A stretch of DNA of 64,000 bases from Candidatus Latescibacterota bacterium (GTDB lineage: Bacteria; Latescibacterota; UBA2968; UBA8231). Position 1 is the first letter of the stretch. Each line of letters begins with the position of its first letter. The translations under genes and the position numbers were made by a program. The notes under the pieces were generated by a model, which saw only the letters and a list, made by a program, of their open reading frames with translations, was not told the DNA's origin and made no database searches. Where the stretch lies: the NCBI GenBank assembly GCA_965204725.1, contig OZ242005.1, forward strand, positions 2,080,001 to 2,144,000, given 5' to 3'. Of the stretch, positions 1 through 9,777 are shown piece after piece.

Positions 1-1258
1 CGAAGTTGATGCGGTTGTCGTTGAGAATCGGTGCTGCACGGTCAGGCGGAACATCAACCACTGACCCGTCCGGCTTGGTCAGTGTCCACTTCTCTGCGGT
101 CAGGTTTCGCAGACCGAAGAGGTTCGGAACTTGGGGGTTCTGAACGACTTCTGCGATTGGGGTGTCGTCGCGGGTCTGGCCGACATGGTAGCCGAACAGT
201 TGGGTAGTGCGATTGAGCAAAACAATGTCGTCGTCAATCCGAATGCGCGGCGGGAGGACCAGCGGCTTCTTGCATGACCAGCAGTGCTTGCCGCCAGACG
301 ATGCCGCGACCGCAGGCTCATAGAAGTTTTCAGCACCACATGCACATAGCCAGATACTGTCGATAGTGCTAGCGAAAGCCTTCCTCCACTCTGACTCGCG
401 CACACGCTTGGGCGGGTAGTGCAATCCGTCTGTGAATGACCGTTGAAACAGGGCTACCAGCACTTCAGGGTACATGTTGCGAAAGGCGATGGGGTTATTG
501 TGAATGCCGGGGACAGGATGGTTGGAATCGTCATTCGGGTCCCAGATGTAAAGCGGGTCAAACCCATAGAGACGCTCTAAGGCGGGAACATCGAGGCAGC
601 GGATGTTCGCTTCCCGTTGACCGTCAAGGGGATGACCACCGTACAAAAGAAAAAACAGCAGTACTGCCAGCGAGTAGCGATCAGTATCAGCAGATGGTGC
701 CGCCTCTCTCCGAACCACCTCGGGGGCCATAAAACGCTGGGTACCCAGCACACCACCCGTTTCGGATCCCGTTATGTCAACATTGTCGTTGTCGCAGATG
801 AGGATATCGCCAGTCTTCGGATCAAAGAATACATTGGCGAAGGAAATGTCCCGATAGCAGAGACCGCGACTGTGGAGGCGGAGAAATCCATCCGCGAGTT
901 TCCTGCCTGCCGTGAGCAATGCACGCATTGATGGGTGGATCCGCCGCGCCATGAAGTCTTCAAGGGCTCGGAAGTTAGGCTCCCGGATGGGCATGATGTA
1001 GCCATATCTCTCTGATTGGGCATCCTCTACCATCGCCATCGGCCACAAAAAACAGGGCGCAGGTGAGCCTTTTTCAACCAACCGCTCAAGTACCTCCCTT
1101 TGTTCTGTAGTAGCCGTATCTCGGTGATAGACCTTCACCGCGACGGCCTTCCCCCCATCAGCGGCTTTCCAGACCTCGCCTTGGCCTCCTTGACCAAGCA
1201 GGGTATCGGCGATGATGCGCGTTCTATCAGCGGTCTTCAGTAGTTCTGGTTTTTGCAT
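1..1258 (-). CDS. Ser/Thr protein kinase of a TerY-P triad, with a C-terminal Cys cluster (3' end outside the window)
   Basis: Not in the ORF track; translated by hand from ATG at 1258: MQKPELLK...LGQGGQGEVWKA...VAVKVY...GLCYRDISFANVFF...ICDNDNV...GTQRFMAPE...TDRYSLAV, later CACGAENFY...HCWSC. No stop before position 1. Confidence 0.88.
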   Translation of the reverse strand, partial: MQKPELLKTADRTRIIADTLLGQGGQGEVWKAADGGKAVAVKVYHRDTATTEQREVLERLVEKGSPAPCFLWPMAMVEDAQSERYGYIMPIREPNFRALEDFMARRIHPSMRALLTAGRKLADGFLRLHSRGLCYRDISFANVFFDPKTGDILICDNDNVDITGSETGGVLGTQRFMAPEVVRREAAPSADTDRYSLAVLLFFLLYGGHPLDGQREANIRCLDVPALERLYGFDPLYIWDPNDDSNHPVPGIHNNPIAFRNMYPEVLVALFQRSFTDGLHYPPKRVRESEWRKAFASTIDSIWLCACGAENFYEPAVAASSGGKHCWSCKKPLVLPPRIRIDDDIVLLNRTTQLFGYHVGQTRDDTPIAEVVQNPQVPNLFGLRNLTAEKWTLTKPDGSVVDVPPDRAAPILNDNRINF

Positions 1259-2192
1259 TGGCAATTTCTCCATTATTTTCAGTTTCGTTCTTGTTCCCAA
1301 TGAGTGCCCCAATCTTGGCTAGAATCCGCTGTACTATTCCATCCTGCCCCGACGATGCGTTGTAAGAATCCATAGCAGTCTGGCTCGCTGGTAGCGGCCA
1401 GTGGAGAAGTGCGAGGGCAATGTCATCACCACTCCCCTGATTAGTAACCGCCTCGAGAAAGCCCCTCAAGTGAAGGGTCAATCTGGAAACCCCATCCTCG
1501 CGTATGAGTTTGAGATAGTCGGGACCGATCTGCCTAAAGGCGGCGTCCGTGGGGTACGACTTGCTGTACCCATCGGTCGAGAGCAGGAGAAGCGTCTCTT
1601 GCTTCGGTGTCGGTAGGATTCGCAGGCGAAATGAGTGCTCGGCTTCTGAGAGACACAGGCTGGGAGTCTCGTCGGCAAACGCCTCCGGGTCGGCAGGTAG
1701 TGGGACATCAACTGTACCATCCTCGTTGACGAGTAGGATATCGCCATCACCGAGTTGTCCGACGAGTAAAAAGTCCGGCGTTGCTAAAGCGACCAAGAGT
1801 GTCGAGCCATAATCCACGAGTGGTGTTTCGCTGTCTCCAGACTTGGCGTGGACTCTCTCTTTCCATTCCCGGACGATCTGAACGCGGAGTGGATGCTCGG
1901 CGTACTTCTGGACTTCGATCATATTTGAAGCGCGTTCACCCAAATCCTCGGCGAATCGCACGAGTGAGGTAAGAGCCACTTGGACTGCGAGTCGGGCACC
2001 GACATCAGCGTGTTTGCTCGAACCATGACCGTCAGCGATGGCAAGGGCCACAGTGTCGGCAACCATCCAAAGCCCCGCCTCGTCTTGGCAGGGCTTGCCT
2101 GATCGCAAGTGGTTCGCACCGATTACGCGCTCAATGGCGAATCCGGGTCGTCGGCTTGATCTGGCGTCTATTTCTTGGTTACCAGACATCAT
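1227..2192 (-). CDS. PP2C-family protein phosphatase (TerY-P triad)
   Basis: Motifs G.NH...PCQD, AIADGHGS, GSTLL, QLGDGD, STDGY, GSGDDI. Start moved to MMSGNQ, which overlaps the vWA gene stop. Confidence 0.88.
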   Translation of the reverse strand: MMSGNQEIDARSSRRPGFAIERVIGANHLRSGKPCQDEAGLWMVADTVALAIADGHGSSKHADVGARLAVQVALTSLVRFAEDLGERASNMIEVQKYAEHPLRVQIVREWKERVHAKSGDSETPLVDYGSTLLVALATPDFLLVGQLGDGDILLVNEDGTVDVPLPADPEAFADETPSLCLSEAEHSFRLRILPTPKQETLLLLSTDGYSKSYPTDAAFRQIGPDYLKLIREDGVSRLTLHLRGFLEAVTNQGSGDDIALALLHWPLPASQTAMDSYNASSGQDGIVQRILAKIGALIGNKNETENNGEIANAKTRTTEDR

Positions 2193-2907
2193 TGGCATCC
2201 GTCGGATCGGATTTCGGATCGGGTTTCGGAGGCGGAGGCAACGGCACATTGACCCCGGCCGGAGCACTCTGCGTCTGGCTCGCTGGTGCGGAGGCGGCCT
2301 GCAAAACTGCGGTGGATGCCCAGCGGATATAATTGACCAAGTCTTGAGCGTTGTTGGCTTGCAACGGTTGGATCTCTGCATGCCCTATGAAGCGTTGGAG
2401 AACATCGATAGCCGCGTCCTCGCCAATGGCGATAGCGAGGCGCACGGCCTTCCTACCCCAAGGCTCGGCCATCAATGCTTGAAGCCCTCCATTAAAGTCG
2501 TCCGTGGGCTGTCCATCACTGATGAGCACCAGCACGGGAGGTAGCGCACGCTCCGGCATGGGCGGGGTCTTGAGCGCGTCTGTAACCAGAATCAGGGCAC
2601 GTCCCATTTCGGTCCAGCCACTGGCCGAGAGATCATTCCACTCAAATTCATCAACCTTTGTCGGCTGCGGAATATGCCATTGGGCACCGGCTGAGAACTT
2701 GATCGCCTGCACCAAAACCTCGGCGTTCGGATTGCCTTCCGCGACATCTCGCATGTGTGGGATGGCCTCCCTGATCGCGTGGTTGAGTGCTTGAATTTTG
2801 GCCCCCGACATCGAGGACGAGCAGTCTGCGAGGAAAATGAAATGAAGTGGCCTGTTTGCGATTGGCCCTCCTGGAAGTTTGGGTTCCATGGTTTCTTCAC
2901 GTTCCAT
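2179..2907 (-). CDS. terY: TerY-like von Willebrand factor A domain protein
   Basis: MIDAS DCSSSMSG, G.TEMGRAL, LISDGQPTD, Pro-rich tail; lies directly upstream of the PP2C and kinase genes. Confidence 0.85.
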   Translation of the reverse strand: MEREETMEPKLPGGPIANRPLHFIFLADCSSSMSGAKIQALNHAIREAIPHMRDVAEGNPNAEVLVQAIKFSAGAQWHIPQPTKVDEFEWNDLSASGWTEMGRALILVTDALKTPPMPERALPPVLVLISDGQPTDDFNGGLQALMAEPWGRKAVRLAIAIGEDAAIDVLQRFIGHAEIQPLQANNAQDLVNYIRWASTAVLQAASAPASQTQSAPAGVNVPLPPPPKPDPKSDPTDANDVW

Positions 2908-2952
2908 TGATTTTCTCCTTGTTTGGACTTCGCGTGAAAATGCTGCGATGTA

Positions 2953-5205
2953 TTACACTTTTGAAGGGTTTGTGGCAACCACGAGTTCGGCCCGAAGCCG
3001 ACTCGCAACAGGCTGCGCCAGCCTAAGCTGTTCCCATGTGCGAATGGCGAGAAAACGCTTTTCGCCATGTTCGTAGAGATCTCCTATCTGAGGAGGTGGT
3101 TCTGACGGAATCGGTGGGTGCGAACCCACCTCGCTCGTTGACGGAGTTGCAAGTCGAGGCGGTTTCTCAAAATAAAATTTTTCCGATACAGTGCGCTCAA
3201 ATTGCTTGCTCTCCTCGGCGAAGCTGGTAGCTTGGGACCCCAGATTGGAGACCTCCTCTTCCGCCGCGTTAAGGCGTGTGGATTCTGCGCTGATCTCTGA
3301 TGCGGGTGGCGACCAATTCGCAATGCTCGCACGCTCCTGCTCGTTGCTAGCGACTTCCTGTTCCACATCTTGTACGCGGCGGTTCGCCTTCTTCTGTGCC
3401 GCCTTGGATGATCGACTCTTGCTACCTGTCTTGAGAGATTTCTGGTGTTGGCGTGCTTCTTCCAACTTTGCCTCCAAATCGACGTACTTTTTCTCCAAAA
3501 ATGCCTTCCGCTCTTGGCGTTTGACCGCCACAACGTTATCAAGGGCATCCTGCGCCTCTTGTCGTTTTTTCTTTGCCTCGCCTTGGGCTATCTCATTCTC
3601 CTCCAACTTCTGTCGAATTTCTTCCAGTTTGATCTTGGCATCTTCGACGCGCTTTTTCCAACTGTCTCGCTGGGCTTCCTTCGCCTCGGCATCCGCGGCG
3701 GCTTGCTGCTGGTTATGAGTGGTACGACGCAGTCCATCTAAACGGTTGACGACCTCGGCGAGGCGTCTCATGCGATCCTCAGCCTGATCCGCTATCTGAC
3801 TTGGAGGCGACTCGTTGATTTCGTCAAGTTTGTCGCGTAGTTGTTCGCGTTCCAAGGCCGATTTCCCATCCCGAGAAGGAAGCCATTGGCGAAGTTTGCT
3901 CAACAGTCCTTCTTGGTTCTCAAGTTCGTCAAGCTCAGCACGGAGGCTTTCCACTGTCCGAGATGTCCACTCATCCACCGCTGTCCAGCGGCGGACGATT
4001 TCGGCGGGGGGGGCACCCGGCGCCAAAGTAGCCGGTACTCGTCGCCACTTGATAGTCGCTTCCAAGGCGAGGGGCGGAATGTCGGGCAAGCGAGCGGGGC
4101 GGGCAGAGTCGAAGTCCAGCAACGGTGCGTCCACATCGCCAGCGTCCAGTGAGACAGAGGGAACGATCTTGGCGGGTTGCGTCGCCCCGTTCAATAGCAC
4201 CTCGCCCTTAATAGCGTCGAGCCGCCGCGCTGGATGGAACTCCCAAGCGGGTTGTTTCGCCGCACGTTCAAAACGGTGGAGAAAGTTAATTGCTTTGGTG
4301 GCTGGCCATTCAATTTGGAGTACAATCGGTGTTTCCACGAGGTCCATAACCATGCGCTGACGTGTAACCGTTGTCCTCGGGAGACCTGTATCAACCCACA
4401 GCACCCGGTGGCCCCGGCGACAGAGTGTTGTCGGGAGATCAAGATCGACAGGGCGACCTGTCCCGCCGCTCGTCAATTCGTCAGTGGGAGGAACGAACAG
4501 CACCCGTGCCTGTCCGGGGTCCAAAGCTTTCGGTGAAATTCGGAACTCGGCGTCAGGAACTGGATCGTCAAGTTCTCCGTCAAGGCGGAGCCGACCAGCC
4601 GGGAGTGTGATGTCGGGACCGGGGTCGTCGAACGGTGCCGCCAGCGGAGGCCGGAAGACGACATTCCCGTTACCCTCCGGCAGGGCTTCCTTCGTTGCGT
4701 GAAACCAGAACAGCACACAAAATGCCTCGAACAGTGATCTTGCTAGGTCGCCGTTGACGGGGACCACCCATTTTTGATGCTCGGCGGTAGGCCCTACGAC
4801 AAGGCGTCCGTCGCGCCCTTTATCAACGATGAGCCAGTCCGCAGGTGGGCGATGGCCCAAGCGAGCGAGGACTCGGTCGCCCATGCCCGCAATCCTTTGA
4901 ACCAATGTTGTGTCGGTCTCAAGTTCACTGTCCCCGTAAACATAGAGCCGGCATTGTGCAGGAAGATATTGCAAAACAGCGTCAATCAATTTGCGCGAGG
5001 TTGTTGTCGCACCGCTGGCAAGGACGACGCTACGAGCATTCGCCAAGAGCGACTGCACATCATTGAGGTCATCGGGGCTATTCAATTCAGTCCAAGGAAG
5101 GTCAATTTGCGTACCCTTGCCCTGTTCCCAAAGCGGAAGCTCTTTCTCCCTCTGGTCAATCCGTTTCTCTTTTATTTCCGATTGAATAGGTCCGTTACGC
5201 ATCAT
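2953..5205 (-). CDS. Uncharacterised ~750-aa protein with a possible degenerate PLD-like N-terminal domain and a long C-terminal coiled coil
   Basis: ATG at 5205 overlaps the upstream stop (ATGA). The C-terminal third is E/K/Q/A/R-rich heptad sequence. The PLD-like call is weak and no HKD motif is present. Confidence 0.65.
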   Translation of the reverse strand: MMRNGPIQSEIKEKRIDQREKELPLWEQGKGTQIDLPWTELNSPDDLNDVQSLLANARSVVLASGATTTSRKLIDAVLQYLPAQCRLYVYGDSELETDTTLVQRIAGMGDRVLARLGHRPPADWLIVDKGRDGRLVVGPTAEHQKWVVPVNGDLARSLFEAFCVLFWFHATKEALPEGNGNVVFRPPLAAPFDDPGPDITLPAGRLRLDGELDDPVPDAEFRISPKALDPGQARVLFVPPTDELTSGGTGRPVDLDLPTTLCRRGHRVLWVDTGLPRTTVTRQRMVMDLVETPIVLQIEWPATKAINFLHRFERAAKQPAWEFHPARRLDAIKGEVLLNGATQPAKIVPSVSLDAGDVDAPLLDFDSARPARLPDIPPLALEATIKWRRVPATLAPGAPPAEIVRRWTAVDEWTSRTVESLRAELDELENQEGLLSKLRQWLPSRDGKSALEREQLRDKLDEINESPPSQIADQAEDRMRRLAEVVNRLDGLRRTTHNQQQAAADAEAKEAQRDSWKKRVEDAKIKLEEIRQKLEENEIAQGEAKKKRQEAQDALDNVVAVKRQERKAFLEKKYVDLEAKLEEARQHQKSLKTGSKSRSSKAAQKKANRRVQDVEQEVASNEQERASIANWSPPASEISAESTRLNAAEEEVSNLGSQATSFAEESKQFERTVSEKFYFEKPPRLATPSTSEVGSHPPIPSEPPPQIGDLYEHGEKRFLAIRTWEQLRLAQPVASRLRAELVVATNPSKV

Positions 5206-6305
5206 GCCTCCATTTCTAGATCGGTGCCCGCGGCGAGCAACCACCTCGTCCGATTTGCGAGGGGACGACCGTTCACCTTGGAGAGTGCCACCGAATCCGG
5301 GGCATCCCCGGCCCACTCTTCCAGCGGGGTTTTTTCGATAATGTTTGACCAATCCGATTGGTAATTGTCGGGGGCTAGGTATTTGTTCTCGGCCTCAGTT
5401 TGAGCAACGAGGATGGCAGTTGCCCAAGTGCGAGCATCACCCTTCGTTGCCGGGCCGACCGGTACATCCCGGACCACGACCTCATCAAACGAGCCAAAAC
5501 TCTTGACCTTCTTATTCTTGTACTTCCGGGACCGCAGGAACGACTCGCGTCCTCCCTGCCCGATCTTGCCATCATACGCCATGGCGAGGCGACCCATTCG
5601 CACATCCCATTGCGCCTCCCAGTCCGCGAAAATATCGACCAACTCGTCCGGCTTCACCGACTCAGGCGCAGACTGGAATTTGCCGGGCCGGTTCCTATCT
5701 CCCCTCACTTGCCCTTCAATCGTCCACTTGTTGTCGCCCGATGCGAGATCGATATCCCACTGTAACTCTCCCTTGGTCATATCTTCAATACGGCAGACCG
5801 GATTTTGGCCTCGTGCTGCCTCGAATTTCGATACGTTGAATCGCTTCGATTTGTCGAATACCGACGTAAACACCCGGTCTCTTTTGACTGAGAACCACGA
5901 TGGAAGTGGCTCGAGGTTGTTGAAGTCGTGGTCGCGCCAGTCGCCGGGCGCACGTCTAAAATCGAGGACATGGCTATCAAAGAGTGGATGGGATGCCACG
6001 AGCAGGCGATATACACCCTGCTCCCAAGCGGGGGCCTCGCCCGACGACGCACAACGATGTCCTAGGGCGGTCAGTGCTCCGTTTCGACCAACAAGTTTAA
6101 TGTAGCCCAAGTGGCGCAACAGGTTCTTCCGCGCATGTAGCGACAGCCCCGGTAGGACGGTATCAACCGCGGCCTCGTTGAGGACACCTTGATCCTGAGC
6201 CACGACGCACAGGCTCTGAAGGTCCGATCTCTTCTCCCATACGGCGAGTTCTGCAAATACCGTAACGTCTCGAATTTCGAGTTCTGTTTTGAGGCTAGCT
6301 TTCAT
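5202..6305 (-). CDS. Uncharacterised protein (possible N-terminal winged helix), translationally coupled to the helicase
   Basis: 367-aa ORF with ATGA overlaps at both ends. Confidence 0.7.
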   Translation of the reverse strand: MKASLKTELEIRDVTVFAELAVWEKRSDLQSLCVVAQDQGVLNEAAVDTVLPGLSLHARKNLLRHLGYIKLVGRNGALTALGHRCASSGEAPAWEQGVYRLLVASHPLFDSHVLDFRRAPGDWRDHDFNNLEPLPSWFSVKRDRVFTSVFDKSKRFNVSKFEAARGQNPVCRIEDMTKGELQWDIDLASGDNKWTIEGQVRGDRNRPGKFQSAPESVKPDELVDIFADWEAQWDVRMGRLAMAYDGKIGQGGRESFLRSRKYKNKKVKSFGSFDEVVVRDVPVGPATKGDARTWATAILVAQTEAENKYLAPDNYQSDWSNIIEKTPLEEWAGDAPDSVALSKVNGRPLANRTRWLLAAGTDLEMEA

Positions 6306-9300
6306 CGTTCCCTTTCAAGATTGAACAACGGCGTGGCGTTTGCAAGCGCGTTGAGTTCCTCGGACGGACAATCCTCGGCGAAGTACTTCCGGTGGCCAAA
6401 AACGACGAGCAGGAATCGGGCGCGAGTGACCCCGACATTGAGCCGATTAGGGCTGTCCATGTGCCCTGGCCGAGAGGTGTTTCTGAGACTCAGCAATACG
6501 AGGTCGGCCTCTCGGCCTTGGAAGCGGTCAACCGTCGCGCATACAATCGTCGTGTTGGGAAGCGCGAAGCGCGTCTCCGCGCGACGCATTCCGGTGAGTC
6601 GCCTGAGCATGTCTCGCGTCCCCAATTCCTGCCGGTTGTAGAACGAGAGGCAGGCCACTGTCCAGTCCTTGCCATCAGTTCTCGGGTGGGTTTTAGCGTA
6701 ATCCCTCCAAACCTTCAACCAATTCCGCATGGCGTCGATCTCGGCTTGGTTGATGCCACGTTCCTCGTGACCACGCACATCTGCCCACACTCGTCGTGCA
6801 GGCACTTTGGGCATGAAGGACCAACCGTCCCGTTTGTCGCGCCCACCAAGGGTGTTTGCATCCTTCAGTGCTACTCCCTCGTAAAATTGCTCCCTCGGAA
6901 GTTGCGAGATGTCAGGGTGCATACGGTGCTGGTACTCGATCAGCACCGCCCGCTCATTCCAAACATCCGGTGGAAGTGCTTCGGTAAGGGCACTCAGGCG
7001 GCGAACCCGATGGTTGTTCCTACGCACCCGGAAGGATTCTATCACGCTGCGAACACCGACATCTCGGATTGCGTCAATGGCCGGGGGCACCCATTTGGCG
7101 TAGGGATTCACGGCAGGCATAAGGCTATCAACCTCACCTTGGCGTCGTTCACGCTGTCCATCGTCTCGAGCACTGGCAAGTTGATGAACCCTCCCAAGCC
7201 GCCACGATACCTGCTTAGCCCAAGCCTCCTCGCGCAGAAAACCCCGCTGGCGAGCAGCCAACTCATCGGCGGTTTTGAACTGACGCCGTTGCTCTCGCAC
7301 AGGCTTGTAAAAACGGCCTCGTTGCTCAAGCCAGTGCGCGAATTGGTACGCACGGGCAGAATCCGGATCCCAGTCGCGCAACGCAAGTCCATCCGGCGGC
7401 AAATAAGGCGCGAGGCGATTTCGCAACTCAGGTGGAAAAAGAATCCAATCGGCTGCTAATAAATACAGTGCCACAGGTTGACCGGCCTCAATATCGGCGA
7501 TGGATACTTCATTGCCAGAGGGTTGACCTTGGACAACGCGCACGATCTCGGGTGTGCGGTCACCGCGTACTACCCGATCCTCGATTTCCGTACTCAGCGC
7601 GTCAAGTACATCGCCCGATTCCTCAATCAACCACCTGACCCGTCCAACCCCCGCTTCCCGGCGTTGGAGACGGAATAAGATCAGCAGTGCCGCTTGATGG
7701 GCGTCAGAGAGCATTACGGCGTTCTCGTCGCTGATTTCGGCAATACTCGCTTCGAGATCTTTAGGCTCAGAGAAGGGAGGAAGTTGTCGCACATCGCCGA
7801 CTACGATCCACTTGCGGGCGAGTTGGGCGGGGACCAGAAATTCTTGGAAGGTCGTCTTGCTAGCCTCGTCGATGATCAGAACATCAAAGTAGGGCCAACT
7901 CGGGCCGGTATCGTTCTCGCGCTTGCCATTTGACCGGCGTATGTAGGGATGCGCGAGGATGCCCGTGGAGGTGCCGCACGTGAGGTTCACGGACGAGAGG
8001 ATTGTCGCCTCGGCGATTCGCTCCAAGGCAGCGGCGTCCAAGTTGGGGAAGATTCCATCGGTACGCCAAGTCTCCAATAAGGCCGCGATGCGTTCATCAA
8101 TCTGCACAGTGCGGATAGTTTGGTCCACTCGGTCTGCAAGCCCGATCCGCACGGCCTCAACTTGCTCAAACTTGCCGATGAGTCTTTCCAGTACGTTGTC
8201 CACGGCGACATGGGTCGTAGAGCAGAGCAATACGTTCAGCCCCTGATTGATGAACTGGAGCACCAACTCGCAGATGGCATGGGTCTTACCCGACCCAGGC
8301 GGCCCTTCGAGAAACGCGAAATCCGGCGTACCGAGGGCCTTCTCTACGAACTCCCGTTGCTGGATAGTGCCCGACCAACGCTCGTCGTTGAGTAAGTACC
8401 AGTGGGAAACATCCTTTGGTCGGCACTTTGGCCAACGGACCTTATCCGGTGCTTCACAAAGCCTTAGAAGAGGGCCGTGGTGGGGCAGTGGGCTGTCCAT
8501 GAAACGGAACACTGCCTGCCGCTGGCGTTGTAGGCCCGAAGTGCTGGAGGGAATAAATAACGTTGTCCCTTTCGGTGGGAGCCGATCTAATTCGAGCCGA
8601 TAATTGTCGCGCTGGAATCCCCAAACCTTGAAAGCATGCTGTGAGTTGTTGCCCTTTTTTGTGCGAACTTCGCGAACGCCCTCCTCCATGTACGCTGTCC
8701 GAATGTCCAAGGCCGCCTCGCTATCCACCTCGTCAGGGGGCAAGAGTTGAATCCAGACCCCGCGCTGTCGCCGACCACGCCCCTCGTCGGCCGACCACGC
8801 CCACCGGACGCCGTTGTCGGCGAGGAGAAAGTCTTGGTCTGGCGATTCCTCCAGCGTCAGAGTTCGTTGACCGTTCCAAGAAATCTCCTCTCTGCCGACG
8901 CGGAGGTGCGCGGCACCTTCATGCGGCTCGGCCACCCGATGGGGTAGCTCAGTGCCACGCTCGTCCTCGATAACAACAGGGGCACAGCCCTCTACGACCA
9001 AAACAACGCGCTTGGCTTCTTCCCTGCGTTGGAACAGGGACGCGACCGCACCGTCGTCACGCCGTGCAACTAACTTAGTCGGCCAGATCGACTCTGCGGG
9101 CGTTAATGTGCAAGGCTCGCCCTCCCAGAATATCTGATCGCCGGGGTCAACCTCGCTGTCTAGAACGAGGAGTAATCCGTCGTCAACGCGCTCAACGCGC
9201 TTGGGGACCATCGGCCGGTACTGGTCGCCGACGAACAACGGCATATCCGGCGCACCGCCTGACCAGCTTTCGAGGCGGTAGCTATACCCCTCGGCTTCCA

Positions 9301-9514
9301 TGACTAAGAGTGAGTCCATAGGGGTGAGTCGCAGTGGATACTCCTGTGGGACGGACTCCCACCGGCACACAGACCGCGACTCGCGCTTCTTAGCGGCATC
9401 AAGCGCAGATCTCAGATACGCAGTGTAAGGGCGCAGGCTTTCCTGAACTTGGGACGCTAAGGCAGGCGCGACCTTTGAATGAGGAGCACAGGCGGTAAAA
9501 TAGAGTGGCTTCAT
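6302..9514 (-). CDS. Superfamily 1 (Upf1/DNA2-like) helicase
   Basis: GPPGSGKT, TTHVAVDN, IIDEASK, VGDVRQLPP, EYQHRMHPDI, TVDRFQGRE, NRLNVGVTRAR. Likely start is MKPLYF at 9514. Confidence 0.9.
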   Translation of the reverse strand: MKPLYFTACAPHSKVAPALASQVQESLRPYTAYLRSALDAAKKRESRSVCRWESVPQEYPLRLTPMDSLLVMEAEGYSYRLESWSGGAPDMPLFVGDQYRPMVPKRVERVDDGLLLVLDSEVDPGDQIFWEGEPCTLTPAESIWPTKLVARRDDGAVASLFQRREEAKRVVLVVEGCAPVVIEDERGTELPHRVAEPHEGAAHLRVGREEISWNGQRTLTLEESPDQDFLLADNGVRWAWSADEGRGRRQRGVWIQLLPPDEVDSEAALDIRTAYMEEGVREVRTKKGNNSQHAFKVWGFQRDNYRLELDRLPPKGTTLFIPSSTSGLQRQRQAVFRFMDSPLPHHGPLLRLCEAPDKVRWPKCRPKDVSHWYLLNDERWSGTIQQREFVEKALGTPDFAFLEGPPGSGKTHAICELVLQFINQGLNVLLCSTTHVAVDNVLERLIGKFEQVEAVRIGLADRVDQTIRTVQIDERIAALLETWRTDGIFPNLDAAALERIAEATILSSVNLTCGTSTGILAHPYIRRSNGKRENDTGPSWPYFDVLIIDEASKTTFQEFLVPAQLARKWIVVGDVRQLPPFSEPKDLEASIAEISDENAVMLSDAHQAALLILFRLQRREAGVGRVRWLIEESGDVLDALSTEIEDRVVRGDRTPEIVRVVQGQPSGNEVSIADIEAGQPVALYLLAADWILFPPELRNRLAPYLPPDGLALRDWDPDSARAYQFAHWLEQRGRFYKPVREQRRQFKTADELAARQRGFLREEAWAKQVSWRLGRVHQLASARDDGQRERRQGEVDSLMPAVNPYAKWVPPAIDAIRDVGVRSVIESFRVRRNNHRVRRLSALTEALPPDVWNERAVLIEYQHRMHPDISQLPREQFYEGVALKDANTLGGRDKRDGWSFMPKVPARRVWADVRGHEERGINQAEIDAMRNWLKVWRDYAKTHPRTDGKDWTVACLSFYNRQELGTRDMLRRLTGMRRAETRFALPNTTIVCATVDRFQGREADLVLLSLRNTSRPGHMDSPNRLNVGVTRARFLLVVFGHRKYFAEDCPSEELNALANATPLFNLERER

Positions 9515-9546
9515 GGTAATATGGATAGCCCCAAAGAGGTTGGATT

Positions 9547-9690
9547 TTAGACGCGATCTTTCCGTTCCTTGTCTTTCCGTTCCTTGAAACACCTACGACA
9601 GTATAAAGTGTTACCTTTGTCACTGGAATCAACAGTATTTTGTGCAGCGTCCCCATGATCATGCTCTTCCGCGTCAAAGTAATCGTCCAT
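9547..9690 (-). CDS. Putative 47-aa small protein with a CxxC motif
   Basis: AAGGAG RBS before ATG 9690; sequence MDDYFDAEEHDHG...YCRRCFKERKDKERKDRV. Confidence 0.35.
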   Translation of the reverse strand: MDDYFDAEEHDHGDAAQNTVDSSDKGNTLYCRRCFKERKDKERKDRV

Positions 9691-9777
9691 ATAGCATGTC
9701 TCCTTAGTTGACCACGCCTTGCCCACGCTCTGGTCCCAATGTATCATTCTCTCCCTCTCAACAATCTACGTCTGCCC

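Noticed and set aside
100-1023. Short track ORFs in the first kilobase
   Set aside because: They overlap the kinase reading frame, which the track missed because its stop lies outside the window.
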